Assembly: GCA_003522725.1 (NCBI GenBank)
Contig: DPIG01000078.1
Location: 18,746 to 82,745 of the forward strand
DNA: 64,000 nt
From: Candidatus Omnitrophota bacterium
GTDB lineage: Bacteria > Omnitrophota > Gorgyraeia > Zapsychrales > Zapsychraceae
Direction: 5' to 3'
Part shown: piece by piece, positions 35,303 to 46,296 of the stretch
Layout: the number at the start of each line of letters is the position of its first letter
Numbering within the stretch: position 1 is the first letter of the stretch
Position numbers and translations under genes: made by a program
The notes under the pieces: generated by a model
What the model saw: only the letters and a program-made list of their open reading frames with translations
What the model was told of the DNA's origin: nothing
Databases searched by the model: none

Positions 35303-37674
35303 ATCTTTTGCGCGATTTTCTCGATCTCGTAGGCCTCGATGATGTCGCCGGCCTCAAACCCGGCAAATCCCGCGAAACTGATGCCGCATTCGGTGCCTTC
35401 GGTGACTTCTTTCACGTCATCCTTGAAACGCTTAAGGCCGGACACCGTGCCGGTGTATACCGGCTCTCCGTTACGCACGATATCAACGTGGTCCTTGCGG
35501 GTGACGCGGCCTTTGGTGACATAACATCCGGCCACGGTCCCCTGCTTGGATAATTTGAAGACCTCGCGGATCTCCACGCGCCCCAGAAATTTCTTGCGGA
35601 GCTTCGCGTCCAAAAGGCCTTCCAGTGCTTTTCGGATGTCATTGACGGCGTCATAGATGATCCGGTATTGCCGCACATCGACGGGGTCTTTTTCCAGTTC
35701 TTTCCTGGCGCGGACGTCGATATCCACGTGAAAAGCGATGATGATCGCCTTGGAGGCGACCGCCAAAATGACATCAGAGGAGTTCACGTCACCGACACCG
35801 GCATGGATAAGTTTGATCTTTACTTTATCGCTGGGGATCTTTGCCAGTGAATCTTTCAACGCCTCCAAAGACCCCTGCACGTCGGCTTTTATAATGACAT
35901 TAAGTTCCTTGATGTGACCTTCCTGCACCTGGGCGTAAAGATCTTCCAGGGTGACGCGGGAAGTCATTTGCAGGCGTCTGTTCTTTAGCTGTTCCTGGCG
36001 TTTGGCCGCGATGTCTTTGGCCTGGCGTTCATCCTCAAAAACGTAAAATAATTCTCCCGCTTCGGGGACATCGGACGGACCTAAAACCTCAACGGGCATG
36101 GATGGTCCGGCCTCCTTGATCGGGCGTCCGCGATCATCCATCATCGCGCGCACGCGGCCATAAAAAGGACCGACGACAATGTTGTCGCCTTCACGTAATG
36201 TCCCGCTTTGGACGATGAGCGTTGTGACCGAACCTTTGCCAGGGCTCATGTGGGCGTCAACGATGATCCCCGACGCTTTTTTGTCCGCGTTGGCTTTTAA
36301 TTCCAGCAGTTCGGCTTCCAGCAGGATCAATTCGAGCAAATTATCTACGCCTTCTCCGGTCATGGCGGAAACGCCCACGACAACCGTTTTTCCACCCCAA
36401 TCTTCCGCGGCAAGGTTATGCTCGGACAATTGCTTTTTGACACGGTCCGGATCCGCGTTCTTGCGGTCGATTTTATTCAAAGCGACAACAATGGGAACAT
36501 TCGCCGCGCGCGCATGATCGATGGCTTCCTCGGTCTGGGGCATGATCCCCTCATCCGCCGCAACGACCAGGACAACGATATCCGTAATATGCGCGCCGCG
36601 CGCGCGCATCGCCGTAAAGGCTTCATGGCCGGGTGTGTCCAGAAATGTGATCCGTCCTTTGGGAAGCTGGACCGAATAGGCCCCGATATGCTGGGTGATC
36701 CCGCCATGCTCGGTGTCGGTGACCTTTGATTTGCGGATACGGTCAAGTAACGAAGTTTTCCCATGGTCGACGTGCCCCATGAACGTGATGACCGGGGCGC
36801 GGGGTTTTAAAAGCTTGGGGTCCTCATCTTCTTTTTGATGGGTTTCGATGAGCTGTTCTTCCTGCGTCTTGATTTTGATGACATTATATCCGAATTCGCG
36901 GGCAAGCTTACTGACTACCGCCGCATCCATGCTCTGGTTGATATGCGCCAGAATCCCCATTTGCATCAACGATTTGAGGATGGCACTGGGTTTTTGCTGG
37001 ACTTTTGTGCTGAAATCCTTAACGCTGATGGGGACGCCGATTTCCAGATCAACGAGACGCTTTGTTTCAGCGGGCGCGGCTTCAGTAACCGTAGCGGCTC
37101 CCTGCTGCGTGCCGACCCCCGCGGGGGCTTCATAAACTGTTCCGGGAGTTGCCGGTTCATGAGTTGTCGGAAAACCTCTTTGTTCGAAACCACCCGTTTT
37201 TCGTTTCTTCCGGACTAAAGGCTTGAGCGCGACCATCGGCTCCCGGCTGATGGTAATTTTGGGCTTGATAAACGGCCGTTTTGCGGCGGGAGTTTCAGTG
37301 ACCGGCGATTTGGGGGGGGATGGCGCCTCCGCTTTTTTTTCAACAGGTTTTGGGACTTGAGGGACAATAACCTCTTTTACTTCTTTCTTAATTTCTCTTT
37401 TAGCTTCTTTCCCGGCCTCTTTTGCGGCCTTGGGCTTGGCTTCCGCCTCTTTCCTGGCTGGTTTAACGGCTTTCGCGGACTCTTTTGCCGCCGGTTTTCC
37501 CTCGGCCCTGACGGATGCTTTCTTTATTTTCCCCAGTTCGCTGCGGACCACAGAAGCAACGGCAACGCTTAGTTCCTGATCGCCATCCCTGGCCTTGAGC
37601 CTGAAAGATTTTAAAGTCGCCAGGACTTTATCACTTGTCGTATTCAGTTCTTTGGCTAATTCCGATACCTTCAT
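35299..37674 (-). CDS. infB: Translation initiation factor IF-2
   Basis: K/A/E-rich N-terminus, then the G domain ([24 protein letters not shown]). 791 aa. Confidence 0.92.
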   Translation of the reverse strand: MKVSELAKELNTTSDKVLATLKSFRLKARDGDQELSVAVASVVRSELGKIKKASVRAEGKPAAKESAKAVKPARKEAEAKPKAAKEAGKEAKREIKKEVKEVIVPQVPKPVEKKAEAPSPPKSPVTETPAAKRPFIKPKITISREPMVALKPLVRKKRKTGGFEQRGFPTTHEPATPGTVYEAPAGVGTQQGAATVTEAAPAETKRLVDLEIGVPISVKDFSTKVQQKPSAILKSLMQMGILAHINQSMDAAVVSKLAREFGYNVIKIKTQEEQLIETHQKEDEDPKLLKPRAPVITFMGHVDHGKTSLLDRIRKSKVTDTEHGGITQHIGAYSVQLPKGRITFLDTPGHEAFTAMRARGAHITDIVVLVVAADEGIMPQTEEAIDHARAANVPIVVALNKIDRKNADPDRVKKQLSEHNLAAEDWGGKTVVVGVSAMTGEGVDNLLELILLEAELLELKANADKKASGIIVDAHMSPGKGSVTTLIVQSGTLREGDNIVVGPFYGRVRAMMDDRGRPIKEAGPSMPVEVLGPSDVPEAGELFYVFEDERQAKDIAAKRQEQLKNRRLQMTSRVTLEDLYAQVQEGHIKELNVIIKADVQGSLEALKDSLAKIPSDKVKIKLIHAGVGDVNSSDVILAVASKAIIIAFHVDIDVRARKELEKDPVDVRQYRIIYDAVNDIRKALEGLLDAKLRKKFLGRVEIREVFKLSKQGTVAGCYVTKGRVTRKDHVDIVRNGEPVYTGTVSGLKRFKDDVKEVTEGTECGISFAGFAGFEAGDIIEAYEIEKIAQKI

Positions 37675-37680
37675 AAATGT

Positions 37681-38910
37681 CTATTCCTTTTCTTCATTTG
37701 TGGAACCCAGAAGTGACTTGGCGTCCTTGATGATTTTTTGGGCTTTGACTTCGCCGAGGCCTTTGACCTTTGTTAACGCTTGGACGTCCGCCGCGGCAAT
37801 TTTTTCCAATGAATCAAACCCGGCGCTTTTAAGTTGCGTCACGGTTTTTCCCCCGACCCCGGTCAGGGCGGCCAGGTCACGATTTTGGGACTGATCTGCC
37901 GCCGCGTCCCCTTTTTCCTCTTTTTCGTTTACGGATTCTTCCGCGCCGGCTTGTTCCTGCAATTGTTTCCATTGATCAAACGAAAAGAGGTCCAGTTCCC
38001 AGCTGACCAGCTGGCTTGCCAGACGGACGTTTTGTCCATGCTTGCCGATGGCCAGCGACAACTGATCGTCCGCGACGATAATATTTGCCTTCTTCCCATC
38101 ATAATTCAACTGGATCTGCGATATCTCCGCGGGGGAGAGGGCCGCCTGGATATATTCCTTGATGTCCGGGGAATAGCGGACGATATCGATCTTCTCGCCT
38201 TGCAATTCGGAGACGATGTTCTTGACGCGTGAACCGCGCATCCCGACACACGCGCCGACGCAATCGACCTTTTCGTCCTTGGAGTAAACGGCGATCTTGG
38301 TGCGTTCCCCCACGTCACGGGCGATCGATTTGATCTCGACGATCCCCTCGTAGATCTCCGGGACTTCCAGCTGAAAAAGTTTCCGGACGAAATTCGGACT
38401 GGCCCGGGACAGAAGGATCTGGGGACCTTTGCTGTCTCGCTTGACGTCCAGCACATAGGCCCGGATGCGGTCCCCCTGGCGGAATTCTTCTTTAGGCGAT
38501 TGTTCTTTTTTAGGGATGTACGCTTCGGTTTTGCCCAAGTCGACGATGATATTCCCCCGCTCAAAGCGGTAGATGCCTCCGGCGATGATCTCACCGATAC
38601 GCACCTGGTATTCGTTAAAGACGACATCTTTTTCGGCTTCGCGGATCTTCTGGATGACGACCTGTTTCGCGGTTTGTGCGGCGATGCGGCCAAATTCGCT
38701 GGAACGAATTTCCTGGCTTCCCGCGTAAGCGGTGATCCGTCCGGTTTTCGTATCCAGCACGGCACGGACCTCCTCATTTTTGTCGACCGTCCACAACTTT
38801 TTCGCGGCCGTGGCAACGGCGGATTCAACAGCCTCGATCAAGATTTTCTTGTCGATGCCTTTATCCCGTTCCAGTTGCTCGAGTATCGTCAATAATTCAG
38901 TGCTTTCCAT
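37681..38910 (-). CDS. nusA: Transcription termination/antitermination factor NusA
   Basis: S1 and KH domains, C-terminal HhH repeats. 409 aa. Between rimP and infB. Confidence 0.9.
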   Translation of the reverse strand: MESTELLTILEQLERDKGIDKKILIEAVESAVATAAKKLWTVDKNEEVRAVLDTKTGRITAYAGSQEIRSSEFGRIAAQTAKQVVIQKIREAEKDVVFNEYQVRIGEIIAGGIYRFERGNIIVDLGKTEAYIPKKEQSPKEEFRQGDRIRAYVLDVKRDSKGPQILLSRASPNFVRKLFQLEVPEIYEGIVEIKSIARDVGERTKIAVYSKDEKVDCVGACVGMRGSRVKNIVSELQGEKIDIVRYSPDIKEYIQAALSPAEISQIQLNYDGKKANIIVADDQLSLAIGKHGQNVRLASQLVSWELDLFSFDQWKQLQEQAGAEESVNEKEEKGDAAADQSQNRDLAALTGVGGKTVTQLKSAGFDSLEKIAAADVQALTKVKGLGEVKAQKIIKDAKSLLGSTNEEKE

Positions 38911-38928
38911 TCCGATTCCCTTCTTTAG

Positions 38929-39384
38929 TTATATTTCCTGAACTGCTTTTTGGATGTTATCAATGGCTAATTCCATCAATCCTTGGGGTGTGTCCACCAC
39001 CACCCGGTTATCCTTCACAGCTTCGATAGTGCCGGAGTATTCCAACCGCTCCTTGACCGGCGCGCGCAGATGGACCCGGATCGACTGCCCCATCTTTCGT
39101 GAGAAATCTTTTGTGGTGCGTAACGGCCGGTCCAGCCCCGGAGAGGACACTTCCACTTGAAAATCTTCTCCCAGGATCTGTGCTTCGTCACATTGCCTGA
39201 AAATTTCACGATTGATGGCCGAACATTCGCCGATCGTGATCCCGCCGGCGTCTTTATCCACCAGGACTTCAACAACCTGTGTTCTCCCCCGGCGCTTGAG
39301 GGTCAATTCGACGAGGTCAACTCCGGCGCGGGCAATGGAAGGCATTATAAGCTCATGGAGTTGCCGTGTCAATTCTTCAGACAT
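38929..39384 (-). CDS. rimP: Ribosome maturation factor RimP
   Basis: 151 aa, typical RimP. First gene of the rimP-nusA-infB operon. Confidence 0.85.
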   Translation of the reverse strand: MSEELTRQLHELIMPSIARAGVDLVELTLKRRGRTQVVEVLVDKDAGGITIGECSAINREIFRQCDEAQILGEDFQVEVSSPGLDRPLRTTKDFSRKMGQSIRVHLRAPVKERLEYSGTIEAVKDNRVVVDTPQGLMELAIDNIQKAVQEI

Positions 39385-40652
39385 GAGGTTCCTTCAAGGA
39401 TTTCAGATAATTTCCGGGGCAGCGTGTTTTTATCCACAAGCAGCGCCTCGTTTGTCCGGCGGTCCTTGATCTCGACTTTACCATCAGCCAGATTACGCTT
39501 GCCGATAATTATCCGTAAGGGGATGCCGATCAGATCCGCGTCGTTAAATTTGACACCCGCGGTTTCCGGCCTGTCATCCAGGAGAATATCATGCCCTGTC
39601 GCCGTCAAATCCTTGTAATAACGGTCCGCCAGATCCATGATTTCCGCCGCTTCAGTTCCCGCCGGAAGCGGCACAATTTCCACGTCAAAAGGAGCCACTT
39701 CGCGCGGCCACTGAATTCCCCGTTCATCATGGTGTTTTTCGATGATCGCGGCGATCACGCGGCTGACGCCGATACCGTAACAGCCCATGATCATCGGTTT
39801 TTGCTTGCCGTCGTCATCCAGGAATTGCGCGTGTTGCGCCTGGCTGTATTTCGTTCCTAATTGAAAAATATGTCCAAGTTCGATCGCGACTTCACCCTTG
39901 AGAACGCCCTCGCGGCACTTGGGACACTTTGCGCCTTCAACGCGCTCCCCGGAAACCGAAAAATAACTCTGGCATGAAGGACAACGCAAGACCGTGTCCT
40001 CGCCGATCGGCGCGGTCACCAGAAATTCATGGGACATGTCTCCGCCCATGGCCCCGGAATCCGCTTCGATAATGACCGCGTCGAGTCCGCAGCGGCGGAA
40101 GATATTTCGATAAGCCTGATACATTAATTGGTAGTTTTTTTTGAGACCTTCAAGGTCGCGGTCAAAACTGTACGCGTCTTTCATGATAAATTCGCAGGCC
40201 CGTACGATGCCAAAACGCGTACGTATCTCATCCCGAAATTTCGTCTGGATCTGATAAAGGGTCACGGGCAGTTGCCGGTAGGATTGAACGTAATTCTTGA
40301 CCAAGTCCGTGATGACTTCCTCGTGCGTTGGCCCAAGGCACATGGCCCGTCCGCGGTTGTCAGTAAATTTGATCATGACGTCTTTGAGGACTTCGTCGCG
40401 GCCGGTTTGCTTCCATAATTCAATGGGTTGCAGGACGGGTAAAAATAATTCCGTGGCGCCCGCGCCGTTCATTTCCTCACGAATGACATGTTCGATCCGG
40501 CGCAGGACCTTTAACCCCAAAGGCAGGTAGGAATAAACTCCCGAGGTGAGCATGTGCACGAACCCGCCGCGCAAAAGGAATTGATGGCTCATCGCCTCCA
40601 CCCCGATCGGCGTTTCCTTTAATGTTGGAATAAAATATCTGGACCACCGCAT
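39369..40652 (-). CDS. proS: Proline--tRNA ligase (short form, no INS editing domain)
   Basis: Class II aaRS motifs. Start at ATG 40650-40652 (MRWSRYFIPTLKE), 1 nt after the stop of the upstream ATPase gene. About 427 aa. Confidence 0.85.
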   Translation of the reverse strand: MRWSRYFIPTLKETPIGVEAMSHQFLLRGGFVHMLTSGVYSYLPLGLKVLRRIEHVIREEMNGAGATELFLPVLQPIELWKQTGRDEVLKDVMIKFTDNRGRAMCLGPTHEEVITDLVKNYVQSYRQLPVTLYQIQTKFRDEIRTRFGIVRACEFIMKDAYSFDRDLEGLKKNYQLMYQAYRNIFRRCGLDAVIIEADSGAMGGDMSHEFLVTAPIGEDTVLRCPSCQSYFSVSGERVEGAKCPKCREGVLKGEVAIELGHIFQLGTKYSQAQHAQFLDDDGKQKPMIMGCYGIGVSRVIAAIIEKHHDERGIQWPREVAPFDVEIVPLPAGTEAAEIMDLADRYYKDLTATGHDILLDDRPETAGVKFNDADLIGIPLRIIIGKRNLADGKVEIKDRRTNEALLVDKNTLPRKLSEILEGTSCLKN

Positions 40653-40653
40653 A

Positions 40654-41946
40654 TTAAACGTCCTTAAAGGCCGGCAACGATTCATCGAAGAACCCCGGCG
40701 GCAATGTGACCAGTCTTTTCTTGAATTTTTCGTAAAATGACGGCCGGCGACGGTCCATGACCCACTCGCCGATGACCTCGCCTTTTTCCGTCACGCCTTT
40801 TTGATCAAAACGTAATACATCGTGTAATATCGGCCGCTGGTTTTTTTCATCATAAATCAAGTCCGTCACAGAGGTCACGCGGCGGCGCCCATCCAGAAAA
40901 AGCTCAACGTGGACGACGACGTCGATGGCGCGCGCCACTTGTTTCTGGATCTGATCGGTGCTCAAGCGGACCCCGGCCATGAGCATCATCATGACCATCC
41001 GGTTAAAGCAATCCTCCGGCGTTTCGGCGTGCACGATGGCCAGCGACCCGCTGTGGCCACTGCTGATCGACTGGATCAGATCGAGCATTTCCTCCCCGCG
41101 CACCTCGCCGATGATGATCCGGTCCGGACGCATGCGCAGTGAATTGACGAACAGCTCCCGCATGGTAATTTCTCCGCGGCCTTCGATGTTGACGGGTTTG
41201 GAAACCAGTGTGACGACATGGTCCTGGAGCAGGCGCAACTCCGGGGTATCTTCGATGGTGACGATCCGCTCCTCCGAGGGGATGTGCCGGGAAAACACGT
41301 TGAGCATGGTCGTTTTACCGGACCCGGTCGCCCCGCAGAAAATCACGTTGAACTTCGCCTTCATGGCGGCGATCAACAACGTCGCGATATTTTTGTCGAT
41401 CATCTTGAGGTTCAAAAGGTCGTCCACCGTCCCGATGGCATCGTTAAACTTGCGCACCGTCATGACCGGCCCGATCAGTGAACAAGGCGGCAAGATAACG
41501 TTGACGCGGGAGCCGTCCTTGAGCATAAAGTCAACATAAGGGGACGATTCATCGACCCGTTTATTGGAACCCGAGGCGGCAAGAATTTTCTGGATGGTGT
41601 GCACCAGCTGCGCGTTGTTGTCGAATTTGATATCGGACAATGAAATGCGGCCGTTGCGCTGAAGGTAGATCTGTTTCGGCCCGTTGATCATGATTTCCGA
41701 TATCGATTTATCCTCCATTAACGGCCGCAACGGCCCCATGCTGATGAGCGCGCTGACCAGATCACGGATGACGGCCGCGCGCAATTCCTTATCGAGATTC
41801 AGATCTTTCTCCTGACACATCCGGACGATAGCGTCATCAACAAATTTGCGCAGCTGGTCCTCCGTCATTGAATCTTTGACCTTAAGGAAATCCGTTTCCT
41901 TGATCAGGTAATGATTGACCGCGTCGCGTATTTCATTGTTGCCCAT
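40654..41946 (-). CDS. CpaF/TadA/VirB11-family secretion ATPase (T2SSE fold), orphan
   Basis: Walker A FCGATGSGKTTMLN, Walker B/Asp box DRIIIGEVRGEE, His box GHSGSLAIVHAE. 430 aa. Translationally coupled between rseP and proS. Confidence 0.8.
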   Translation of the reverse strand: MGNNEIRDAVNHYLIKETDFLKVKDSMTEDQLRKFVDDAIVRMCQEKDLNLDKELRAAVIRDLVSALISMGPLRPLMEDKSISEIMINGPKQIYLQRNGRISLSDIKFDNNAQLVHTIQKILAASGSNKRVDESSPYVDFMLKDGSRVNVILPPCSLIGPVMTVRKFNDAIGTVDDLLNLKMIDKNIATLLIAAMKAKFNVIFCGATGSGKTTMLNVFSRHIPSEERIVTIEDTPELRLLQDHVVTLVSKPVNIEGRGEITMRELFVNSLRMRPDRIIIGEVRGEEMLDLIQSISSGHSGSLAIVHAETPEDCFNRMVMMMLMAGVRLSTDQIQKQVARAIDVVVHVELFLDGRRRVTSVTDLIYDEKNQRPILHDVLRFDQKGVTEKGEVIGEWVMDRRRPSFYEKFKKRLVTLPPGFFDESLPAFKDV

Positions 41947-41961
41947 CGTTGATCTCCCTTC

Positions 41962-43062
41962 TTACGGAAGCCATTGTTTGATCTTGTCGATAAACCCAAA
42001 CCGGGAAAAATCACTGTAAAGCACGAACAGCGCGAGGAATATGATCAGGCCGACCCCCGCCCTGGCGATGTACTCATCGGTGCGGGCCGATAGCGCGCGG
42101 CCCCGAAGCTTCTCGATGCCGAGTAAAAAAAGATGCCCGCCATCAAGCGGTATGACCGGCAACAGATTGAAAATCGCCAGGCTCGCGCTGATGACCCCCA
42201 TGATGAACAAAACGTGCGACATGCCCATTTCCGCGGCCTTTTGTAGAATATAAAAGATACCGATGGGTCCTGTTACGTTTTCTTTGACCGACATTGATCC
42301 TGTCAGCATAGCGAATATCGCCTTATAGGTCATGCCTGTTATTTTGCCCAGCTCTTGTCCTGCCTTCAAGAGCGCGACGGCGGGATTATATTTTAGAGTG
42401 ATGATATCTTCGGCCGGCCGGATGCCGACAAGCCGTGCCTTCCGGTATTTTCCAAAGACGGATTTACTCATCTCCGCGCGCGGGGTGATCGTTTTATCTA
42501 TGCGCCGTCCATCGCGCACGATCTGTAGCTGGATATGATCGCCGGTCGAGGTGGTGATCGCCTGCTGCAAACTGCTCCAGCTTTCCGTTGTCTGACCGTT
42601 GACCTGAAGTATTTGGTCGCCGACCGCAAGTCCCGCGATTTGCGCCGGATATCCTTCGAGAACGGTGCCGATTTTATTGCTTAAATCGGGATATCCGGCC
42701 ATAAACACAACAAACAGACATACGTACGCGAAGATAAAATTAACGACGGGGCCGTTAAAGACGACAAGCGCCCGGTGCCCGGCAGATTTTGAATAAAACT
42801 CATCCGGCCGGCCGCTGCATTGCGCGCGTTCATCTCCGGCCATTTTGACATATCCCCCCAGGGGGATGATGTTGATCATATAGCGCGTCCCGTTATGTAT
42901 CCGCGAATAGATCGTTGGTCCGAAGCCCAGCGCGAAACGTTCCACCGCGATCCCCAGACGTTTCGCGGTTATAAAATGCCCCCATTCGTGTACGACGATT
43001 AAAATGCTCAACGTCACAACAAATAAAATGGTACTGTTTAAATTCGTCCAGATGGTTTCCAT
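41962..43062 (-). CDS. rseP: RIP metalloprotease RseP (site-2 protease)
   Basis: HEWGHFITAKR (HExxH), PDZ domain, LDG motif. 366 aa. Confidence 0.9.
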   Translation of the reverse strand: METIWTNLNSTILFVVTLSILIVVHEWGHFITAKRLGIAVERFALGFGPTIYSRIHNGTRYMINIIPLGGYVKMAGDERAQCSGRPDEFYSKSAGHRALVVFNGPVVNFIFAYVCLFVVFMAGYPDLSNKIGTVLEGYPAQIAGLAVGDQILQVNGQTTESWSSLQQAITTSTGDHIQLQIVRDGRRIDKTITPRAEMSKSVFGKYRKARLVGIRPAEDIITLKYNPAVALLKAGQELGKITGMTYKAIFAMLTGSMSVKENVTGPIGIFYILQKAAEMGMSHVLFIMGVISASLAIFNLLPVIPLDGGHLFLLGIEKLRGRALSARTDEYIARAGVGLIIFLALFVLYSDFSRFGFIDKIKQWLP

Positions 43063-43068
43063 ATGTTC

Positions 43069-44226
43069 CTATCGTTTTTTGATCAATCGGTCCGCTTCCT
43101 GCCGGGCCCATTGATCCGCGTCCAGAATCTGTGAAAAAGATGGTGTCGCGGCAATTTTATGTTTTTGGACAACGCTCTCCACAACTTTATGGATCCCGGT
43201 AAATTTCAGCCGATGGTTTAAAAAAGCCTCAACGGCCATTTCATCAGCCGCGTTTAACACGGCCGGTAATGTCCCTCCCTGCCGTCCGACTTCAATGGCC
43301 AAAGCCAGAGACGGAAATTTTTTGTAATCGGGTTTGCGGAACGTCAATTGTCGCAATTGCGCGAAATCGATTCCCCTTAGCCCGCTCTTCCAGCGTTGCG
43401 GGTACGTCAGCGCGTACTGGATCGGCAACCGCATGTCCGTAATGCCGAGTTGCGCCACGATCGACCCGTCGGTAAATTCGGCCATCGAATGGATGATCGC
43501 CTCCGGGTGGATAACAACCTCGATATTCCCGACATCAAGCCCGAATAAATGCTTCGCCTCGAGCACTTCAAACCCTTTATTCATCAAACTTGCCGAATCG
43601 ACCGTTATGCGTTTTCCCATCTTCCATCGTGGGTGCTTGAGGATTTGCGTGACCGACAAATCATCAAAACGCGATGCCGCGACGTTCAAAAGCGCGCCGC
43701 CGGAAGCCGTCAGATAGATCTTTTTCAGATGCTCCCGGCCCTGCCCGGCCAGGCACTGAAAAATGGCGCTTTGTTCACTGTCGATGGGCACGATGGTCGC
43801 CTTGTGCCGCCGGGCCTCGCGCATCAAAATGTCTCCGGCCGAGACGAGGGCTTCTTTGTTGGCCGGCGCGACCGTTTTCCCCGTGCGCACCGCCGTCAGA
43901 AACGGCTTCAACGCGGCGCTGCCGTGCATGGCCACCACGATAACGTCAACGGATTTTAGCTGGATAATTTTATCAACATCCGCATTAACGTTTAAGATCC
44001 TGGTGGATTGCGTGTTAATATGCCGCCGCAGATAATCGACACCCCGCCCGTTGACGGCCACATGCGATGGCCTGAACTTGCGTATTTGCTGCTCCAGGAG
44101 CCGGTAATTATTATAAGCCGTCAATCCAACGACGTTAAACCGGTCCGCAAAACGATCAATAACCTTCAAGGTATTGATGCCAATGGACCCGGTCGAACCA
44201 AGGATGACAATGTTCCTGCGCGTCAT
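43069..44226 (-). CDS. dxr: 1-deoxy-D-xylulose 5-phosphate reductoisomerase
   Basis: ILGSTGSIG NADPH-binding N-terminus. 385 aa. Confidence 0.92.
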   Translation of the reverse strand: MTRRNIVILGSTGSIGINTLKVIDRFADRFNVVGLTAYNNYRLLEQQIRKFRPSHVAVNGRGVDYLRRHINTQSTRILNVNADVDKIIQLKSVDVIVVAMHGSAALKPFLTAVRTGKTVAPANKEALVSAGDILMREARRHKATIVPIDSEQSAIFQCLAGQGREHLKKIYLTASGGALLNVAASRFDDLSVTQILKHPRWKMGKRITVDSASLMNKGFEVLEAKHLFGLDVGNIEVVIHPEAIIHSMAEFTDGSIVAQLGITDMRLPIQYALTYPQRWKSGLRGIDFAQLRQLTFRKPDYKKFPSLALAIEVGRQGGTLPAVLNAADEMAVEAFLNHRLKFTGIHKVVESVVQKHKIAATPSFSQILDADQWARQEADRLIKKR

Positions 44227-44230
44227 GTTG

Positions 44231-45052
44231 CTAGGGTTGCAGAACCACCGAACTTATGTAAAAATAAAATACCGGCGCTGAAAATAAAATGCTGTCAATC
44301 GCGTCAAGCACGCCGCCCAGCCCGGGAAAGAAGTTCCCGGAATCCTTCACGTTGCAATCCCGTTTGATAAGCGACTCGGACAGGTCTCCCAGCTGTCCCA
44401 TCCCTCCGAAAAACGCGCCCATCAGGGCGATATGCCCGGGGGAAAAACCAAATTGAGCCGGTATCAAAGCGCTGCCCAGCGTGGCCGCCAGCGTACCGAA
44501 CGCGAAACTCCCCAGACTTCCTTCGATGGTTTTGTTCGGACTGATGCGCGGCAGAAGCGGATGCTTCCCGAATTTACTGCCGACCAATAACGCCCCCATA
44601 TCTCCGCATTTGGTCACCAGCAAAATGAACCCCAGCAATTTAACGCCATCCGTCCCGGGCAGAAAATACCGGATCCGGATCAAAAAGCTGAATAACCAGG
44701 ACACATACAAAATCCCGAAAAGCGTCGTAGAGATCCCGATGATCGCGTTCGTGTTGTCGTTGCGGAGAAATTGCATGAGGAAAATCGAAAGCAAGAGGAC
44801 GACAATGAACAACAATTCCCATTTCCCGGTCGGCTCAAAGCGCGTAAAAATCGAGAGCGGGATCAAAATACCGATGATGATGCCGGTATAACTGTATATC
44901 GGGATGCCTTTTTTCTTGACCAGATAGAAAAACTCGTACAACCCCGCGAGTGTCAACCCCAGCAAAACCGTGATAAATATCCATTGGTTGATGACCGCGA
45001 AGATTGTGACCAGGATCATGGCCGTCGAGCTTATAAAACGTTCTTTGGTCAT
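44231..45052 (-). CDS. cdsA: Phosphatidate cytidylyltransferase
   Basis: C-terminal signature (RISPNKTIEGSLG...GDLSESLIKRD...DSG.FFPG.GG.LD). Start at ATG 45050-45052. The ORF-track extension overlaps uppS. Confidence 0.85.
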   Translation of the reverse strand: MTKERFISSTAMILVTIFAVINQWIFITVLLGLTLAGLYEFFYLVKKKGIPIYSYTGIIIGILIPLSIFTRFEPTGKWELLFIVVLLLSIFLMQFLRNDNTNAIIGISTTLFGILYVSWLFSFLIRIRYFLPGTDGVKLLGFILLVTKCGDMGALLVGSKFGKHPLLPRISPNKTIEGSLGSFAFGTLAATLGSALIPAQFGFSPGHIALMGAFFGGMGQLGDLSESLIKRDCNVKDSGNFFPGLGGVLDAIDSILFSAPVFYFYISSVVLQP

Positions 45053-45056
45053 AGCA

Positions 45057-45788
45057 TTATCGCTGCAACTCCGATTTGGCCAGATCGCCGTAGCGGCGTT
45101 CCCGCTGCCGATAATCCGCGATGGCTTTTTCGAATTCCTCTTCCGTGAAATCCGGCCAGAATTTATCCGTAAAATACAGTTCCGAATAGGAAAGTTGCCA
45201 CAAAAGAAAATTGCTGATTCTCCGCTCCCCGGAGGTCCGGATAAGAAGGTCCGGATCCGGGAGGTCTTTAGTATACAAAAACCGCGCCATAGTTTTTTCA
45301 TCGATATCGGCAACGCTCAAGGATTTCTTTTCAACGGCGGACGCGATCCCCTTGACCGCGTCAATGATTTCCTGCCGGGAGCCATAATTAAAGGCTAAAT
45401 TCACGATCAGCTCCGTATTATTCCTTGTTTCGTTGATCGCCGTTTGAAAGATTTTCAAGACCGTGCGGGGAACGTTTTCCTCCCGTCCGATCACCTGGAA
45501 CTTTATGTTATTTTCCTTCAGATTCTTTATTTTTTGCTGCAAGACGTTTGTCAACATATTCATCAACATCGATATCTCGGATTCCGGCCGGCGCCAGTTC
45601 TCGGTTGAAAATGTAAACAGAGTCAACACTTGGACCCCGGCCTTCCTGGCTACGGCAACAATTTCCTCAACTCGTTTGATTCCCTCCGCGTGTCCTTGCG
45701 TCCGCGTGAGATGATGCTGTTTCGCCCAGCGGCCGTTGCCATCCATAATGATGGCCACATGCCGCGGGATATTGTCTGTTTGTGTCAT
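45057..45788 (-). CDS. uppS: Undecaprenyl-diphosphate synthase (cis-isoprenyl transferase)
   Basis: HVAIIMDGNGRWAK motif. Start at ATG 45786-45788. A longer form to 45839 is possible but would put a terminator-like hairpin inside the coding sequence. Confidence 0.85.
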   Translation of the reverse strand: MTQTDNIPRHVAIIMDGNGRWAKQHHLTRTQGHAEGIKRVEEIVAVARKAGVQVLTLFTFSTENWRRPESEISMLMNMLTNVLQQKIKNLKENNIKFQVIGREENVPRTVLKIFQTAINETRNNTELIVNLAFNYGSRQEIIDAVKGIASAVEKKSLSVADIDEKTMARFLYTKDLPDPDLLIRTSGERRISNFLLWQLSYSELYFTDKFWPDFTEEEFEKAIADYRQRERRYGDLAKSELQR

Positions 45789-45810
45789 GGAGTATCCTGC
45801 ACAGTCGGAT

Positions 45811-45839
45811 AAAAAAAACGGGGGCTTCTTATCCCCCAT
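45811..45839 (-). terminator. Intrinsic terminator (minus strand) downstream of the 45894-46280 gene
   Basis: On the minus strand: GGGGG-ATAAGAAG-CCCCC followed by GTTTTTTTT. Confidence 0.6.
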
Positions 45840-45893
45840 CACGGTCCGTCACAAAATTCAGAAAAAACGCATAGTTACAGCATGGTGTTGGCT

Positions 45894-46280
45894 CTATGTC
45901 GCGCCGGCATCAGTTTCCAGCCCGGATTTGGAATTGCTTTGACCCAACGGGACCTGCTCCAGCTTTTGAATGCGCTGTTGCAAAGACTTTTCAAGGGTTG
46001 CCGCCTCTTCCGCGCGATCTTGCAATTGCGCATTCAAGGATTTTGTTTGTTCCAGTAATTTTTCCGTGCTTTTGACCTTCGCCTGCGCCCGCGCAAGCTC
46101 ATTTTCTAGATTGCGGATTTGGGAGGATGCCTTTTCCAGCCCTTCTTCCGCCGTCAAGCGCGTATAACGCTCATTTTCCAGAATCCTTCTGGTCTGAAGA
46201 ACATTCTGATTAAAATGGATGGCCACGCCGAAACAAAATGCCACCAGAACAACCGCCAAGACAATGGCAATGATTTTCAT
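45894..46280 (-). CDS. Membrane-anchored coiled-coil protein (FtsB/DivIC-like architecture), hypothetical
   Basis: Start at ATG 46278-46280 (MKIIAIVLAVVLVAFCF). One TM segment, then about 100 aa of heptad-rich sequence. Confidence 0.5.
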   Translation of the reverse strand: MKIIAIVLAVVLVAFCFGVAIHFNQNVLQTRRILENERYTRLTAEEGLEKASSQIRNLENELARAQAKVKSTEKLLEQTKSLNAQLQDRAEEAATLEKSLQQRIQKLEQVPLGQSNSKSGLETDAGAT

Positions 46281-46296
46281 ACGCAACGTCTCCCGA

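Noticed and set aside
45811-45842. Longer uppS start (GTG 45842 or ATG 45839)
   Set aside because: That reading frame would encode the GGGGG...CCCCC+T8 terminator hairpin as GDKKPP. I prefer the hairpin as the terminator of the upstream gene and ATG 45788 as the uppS start. This remains uncertain.
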